Source: Paraspadella gotoi (Eukaryota > Animalia > Chaetognatha). From it: a DNA stretch of 64,000 bases. A program made the position numbers and the translations under genes. The DNA lies in the NCBI GenBank assembly GCA_051294375.1, contig CM119269.1, positions 584,272 to 648,271 of the forward strand, given 5' to 3'. The notes under the pieces were generated by a model. It ran no database searches and was not told where the DNA came from. It saw only the letters and a list, made by a program, of their open reading frames with translations. This document shows positions 55,206 to 64,000 of the stretch, in pieces. Positions within the stretch are counted from its first letter, which is position 1. The number at the start of each line of letters is the position of its first letter.

Positions 55206-55778
55206 TTAAAAAGCTTGGCTCTGCGAAGAGGCTTTGGGTCCTCCCATTTTTTCTTGTTTTTTAGGCAGTAAAGAAGCTTGAATGTTCGGGAGAACGCCGC
55301 CTTGGCTAATGGTGACACCAGAAAGCAGTTTGTTAAGCTCCTCGTCGTTTCGGATAGCGAGCTAAGAGAAAAATTTTTTTAAAAAATATTACAATCTAAT
55401 AAATTTATTTATATTTTCATGGCAAATTAAGCCAAATAAATCTAAAAATATATTTGATGTTCCGACCTGTAGGTGTCGAGGAATAATTCTACTTTTTTTG
55501 TTGTCACGAGCCGCGTTTCCAGCTAATTCAAGAATCTCGGCAGTCAAATACTCAAGCACCGCAGCCATATAAACCGGCGTCCCGGCACCGATGCGCTCCG
55601 CATAATTACCTAGGGTTAAAAGTCGGAATGAAGTACAACTAATTTAGTACTTGAATGTTTAGCCTTTCATTGTACCTTTTCGAAGAAGACGATGGACTCG
55701 CCCCACGGGAAACTGGAGGCCAGCTCTCGAGGATCGACTTTTCGCTTTGACCTTTCCGTCTTTTCCGCGCCCGGACAT
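55206..55778 (-). CDS. H2AX: Histone H2A.X-like variant with two introns, C-terminus ...SSQSQAF
   Basis: MSGRGK...[21 protein letters not shown]|[10 protein letters not shown]...[30 protein letters not shown]|[13 protein letters not shown]...[13 protein letters not shown] plus a tail with a terminal SQ-x-aromatic motif. Confidence 0.88.
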
Positions 55779-55959
55779 GTTTGAGTCCTCTTTTTTTTAC
55801 CCCGAGTACAATGGCGAGACGAGTTAAAACGATAAGAAAAAAAACTCCAATAACGACAGCTAAGGCAATGCCAAATACCAATACCAAGTACCCAAAATCG
55901 TACTTTATCTTCCACTCTTCTTTAAAATTGTAAATTCTTTTTAAAACATGGTTCGACGA

Positions 55960-56600
55960 CAATACAAAGCGTAAAATATAAAGGTAAAGAAGAGAAAGGC
56001 AGAAAAAGGGAAATAAAGAAGCGAAAGGAGATTCGAAAATTCAAGATTCTCGCGCCTTGTTTTCGCCGTTCTTGCCTCCTCCTCTTCCTCCTCCTCCTTC
56101 TCGGCGCTGCGCCGCCGCGACGTTGCTCTCGCTCGCTTCTACTTTCAATTTATTTATTTATTTATCTTATTTTTCTCCTTTCAGAAAAATAGAGCTAATT
56201 TGCTTCAAAAGATTTTGCTTCGCATTATTTATTTATGAATGCTTTAGATTGATTATTGAAACTCCCAACTTGCTACATTTAAAGGAAATAATTAGGATTG
56301 CTGTTGGGCATACTCACTGCTGCCGCTGCTGATCTCCCGGCGAGCAGTCATTTTCATTTCGTTATCCTTGCTTCTTTTCTTCTTCTTTTCTCTTTTCTTC
56401 CAAAGCGACCTCACAGTCATTCTATGGACGCCTTGTGCGCTAGTTAATATTTCCGTGCGTAGAATTGTATCACGCCCGCTTACTCTCGAGTTTCGTGTTC
56501 AAGTTGGTAGCTGACCCATCAACATTCTATTTATTTAATAATTAGTAAAATATTACTTTCGCCAACTGGGATTAATCCGGAAACTCGGAAAACAATTTCC
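55960..56600. promoter_or_regulatory. Probable bidirectional promoter/5'UTR region between H2A.X (-) and ZFR (+)
   Basis: Head-to-head orientation with a GC/CpG-rich patch at ~56050-56135. No TSS evidence. Confidence 0.45.
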
Positions 56601-56607
56601 GAAGAAA

Positions 56608-63023
<6,416 letters not shown>

Positions 63024-64000
63024 GTTGGCAGGGGGCATGTTCTGACATGATTTTAACATGTTATAACATGCTCGACAAGAGCTAAAAATCTGCTTACGAG
63101 AAGTAATTAGTATGAGTGCCTTAGAATTTTTTATTTGATGATCCGAATAATGCAGGATTTCTAGCTCTCCTTCCCCTTACTTTACAAACATTCTTATTCC
63201 CAATATATTGACGACATCGGGATGTAAAGTCATAATAGTTTAAAGTTTATGTATATTAATGGAATGTTTGTAAATGAATTACAGCTTGAATGGCGTGTTT
63301 TAAAGTCCACTCTTGGTGTAATATTCTTTTCACCCTTATATTTGAAGGTTGGAAAGAATTTGTGGCAGACAATGTAAAGGGTTTTCTTGTCAGGAGCCCA
63401 AAAGACGGATTGATCCGCTCAACTTCGCACCAAATAGTTCATCTGGGGTGTAAAAAAGATATTAATATTGCTGCTGTTACTTGAGCTCTCATTGTCTGCA
63501 CCCAAAAACAGCTGCCATTTGTCGGGAACCTTTCCTAAAATATTTTCAGCCTAAAGTTATCAAAATGTAACAGACTAGTTAGATCAGATATTTTGTCTAA
63601 ATATTATTACTAGGTATAATTTTAATACGATTAATGGTGAGCCTTGCGCGACTTCGGAGGGGGGGGGGAGACAAGACAAGACAAGTAGAGAGATAACAAG
63701 TCTGTTCATTATTTGGCCTTAATGGAGGAAAAAAGTAAGCAGCTTCCTTTATTCCTTCATCGATAAAAATTTGATGATATCGTCGATGGCTAATGTCTAA
63801 TGGCTAGCCATTTCAGCACTTGAAGCATCTTCTTCACTCAAAATCATAAGATGCCTCCACAGGCTTACGAGACATTCCTCGAAAAAACTTAAGATTTTGA
63901 ACTTTTGAAACATTCAGACAATTCGAGACCTTTTTAGTTTTGGGTTTATCAGCGAACTTATCGGGTGAGGTACACTAGTAATTTGATTTCAAATTGTCAT

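Noticed and set aside
55639-55962. 107-aa ORF with a TM-like stretch overlapping the H2A.X start
   Set aside because: It has no in-frame ATG, and the hydrophobicity is explained by T-rich UTR sequence. Ribosome profiling would be needed to revive it.

Overview
Eukaryotic (metazoan, probably invertebrate) genomic DNA. It is AT-rich, with very short introns (mostly about 45-80 nt) and two small assembly gaps. The first ~10 kb is non-coding and rich in microsatellites. The rest holds 14 recognisable spliced genes: MEGF6-like (+), a multi-C2H2 zinc-finger gene (-), a nephrin/sidestep-like Ig-FN3 receptor (-), TBC1D13 (-), SNX13 (-), MFF (+), RNF26 (+), SSR4 (+), UBE2V (+), TMUB (+), ARHGAP19 (-), CDK1 (-), an intron-containing H2A.X-like histone (-) and ZFR (+, runs off the end). 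The strongest unexplained pattern is operon-like organisation. Co-oriented gene runs diverge from two head-to-head regions. In three adjacent pairs (SNX13>TBC1D13, SSR4>UBE2V, H2A.X>CDK1) stop-to-ATG gaps are only ~140-185 nt, and a 3' splice acceptor with no obvious donor lies 85-93 nt after the upstream stop. This suggests polycistronic transcription resolved by trans-splicing, including a cell-cycle-themed H2A.X-CDK1-ARHGAP19 run. Other notable items: an 18-bp minisatellite that reads as a signal-peptide-led (ANGSLC/H)n protein, a ~510-nt palindrome in an intron of the dsRNA-binding ZFR gene, a foldback element in the zinc-finger gene intron, and an almost intronless MEGF6 with no ATG near its signal peptide. 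Gene names come from recalled motif similarity and exon boundaries were inferred by eye; no searches were run.
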